Below are positions 63,475 to 64,000 of a stretch of DNA of 64,000 bases, in pieces. The notes under the pieces were generated by a model. It was not told where the DNA came from and searched no databases. It worked only from the letters and a program-made list of their open reading frames with translations. The stretch's first letter is position 1. Each line of letters begins with the position of its first letter. The stretch covers positions 492 to 64,491 of the forward strand of contig JADLHZ010000148.1 in NCBI GenBank assembly GCA_020848545.1, written 5' to 3'. Source of the DNA: Deltaproteobacteria bacterium. GTDB lineage: Bacteria > Myxococcota > JADLHZ01. A program made the position numbers and the translations under genes.

Positions 63475-64000
63475 ATGTATCGCTCCGTGTTTCGCCCGGA
63501 TCTGTTCAAGGGCAAGGTCGTGCTAGTCACCGGCGGCGGCTCCGGCATCGGCCGCTGCATCGCGCACGAGCTCGCGAGCCTCGGCGCCACCGTCGCGCTC
63601 GTCGGACGCAAAGAGGACAAGCTCGCCAAGGTCCAACAAGAGATCGGCGCCAGCGCGTCGATCCACCCGTGCGACATCCGCGAAGAGAGCGCCGTCCGCA
63701 CGATGGTCGAGGCCGTCTTGAAGCAGCACAAGAAGATCGACGGCCTCGTCAACAACGCCGGCGGCCAGTTCCCGGCGCCGCTCGCGCTGATCAACCAAAA
63801 AGGGTGGGAGACGGTCGTCCGCACGAACCTCACCGGCGGCTTCCTCGTGGCGCGCGAGTGCTACACGCAGCACATGGCCCAGGCCGAGGGCGATCACGCC
63901 ATCGTCAACATCATCGCCGACATGTGGAACGGCATGCCTGGCATGGGCCACTCGGGCGCCGCGCGCGCCGGCATGCTCAACTTCACCGAGACCGCCGCGC
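63475..64000 (+). CDS. SDR-family oxidoreductase (PECR-like), 3' end lies outside the window
   Basis: Hand-translated: 'GKVVLVTGGGSGIGRCIAHELASLGATVALVGR' and 'NNAGG'. The frame is open to the window edge and is not in the ORF track because it has no stop. Confidence 0.8.
   Translation, partial: MYRSVFRPDLFKGKVVLVTGGGSGIGRCIAHELASLGATVALVGRKEDKLAKVQQEIGASASIHPCDIREESAVRTMVEAVLKQHKKIDGLVNNAGGQFPAPLALINQKGWETVVRTNLTGGFLVARECYTQHMAQAEGDHAIVNIIADMWNGMPGMGHSGAARAGMLNFTETAA

Noticed and set aside
1-64000. I looked for CRISPR arrays, rRNA genes, additional tRNAs, tmRNA/RNase P/SRP-like RNAs and T-tract intrinsic terminators.
   Set aside because: No regularly spaced direct repeats, no long noncoding stretches other than the two ~680-nt flanks of the recombinase element, and no hairpin plus U-tract terminators were seen by eye. 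A covariance-model scan (Infernal/Rfam, tRNAscan-SE) would be needed to exclude small RNAs.

Overview
This is a very GC-rich bacterial chromosomal window. G/C-ending codons dominate, and long spurious antisense ORFs are common. The gene content looks Myxococcota-like: several Ser/Thr kinases, orphan histidine kinases, a GGDEF protein and a giant TPR protein. The taxon is inference only. About 55 protein genes and one tRNA-Cys(GCA) are supportable. I saw no rRNA and no CRISPR array. Many ORF-track entries carry Arg-rich 5' extensions, so I trimmed starts to the first start codon with a signal peptide, a Shine-Dalgarno (SD) sequence or a 4-nt start/stop overlap with the upstream gene.

Layout:
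(1) 0-8.2 kb, housekeeping: ECF sigma/anti-sigma, GNAT, PPK2, M49-like Zn hydrolase, lpxK and small outer-membrane proteins.
(2) 8.2-14.2 kb, a compositionally foreign insertion beside tRNA-Cys. It carries an HNH/DUF222 endonuclease, two overlapping tandem tyrosine recombinases and two mini-ORFs, bracketed by ~265-bp inverted repeats with a covarying hairpin.
(3) 14.2-29.6 kb, a seven-gene minus-strand cluster: secreted 6-blade beta-propeller, T3SS-translocator-like membrane protein, SycD/LcrH-like chaperone, a 181-aa protein, a 3,515-aa TPR giant, a lipoprotein and an HTH-Zn-ribbon regulator. No injectisome genes are in the window. This is my top candidate for an undescribed system.
(4) 29.7-37.9 kb: dipeptide epimerase coupled to a Ser/Thr kinase, then a GGDEF / GPAT / GpsA / App1-like phosphatase / histidine kinase run.
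(5) 38-41.9 kb: a TolC-like gene plus an unusual fusion of an ABC transmembrane domain (no ATPase) to HlyD, with a divergent wHTH regulator.
(6) 42.8-49.7 kb: a 934-aa protein with a possible clan-CD protease-like C-terminus, followed by MoxR, DUF58 and a transglutaminase.
(7) 49.7-64 kb, mixed envelope and housekeeping genes (STK, OmpA-like, HK, prepilin peptidase, GH3, FadL-like, epmA, PPIase, rhomboid) plus an MNT/HepT toxin-antitoxin pair.

All family assignments come from motif recognition by eye. No searches were run.
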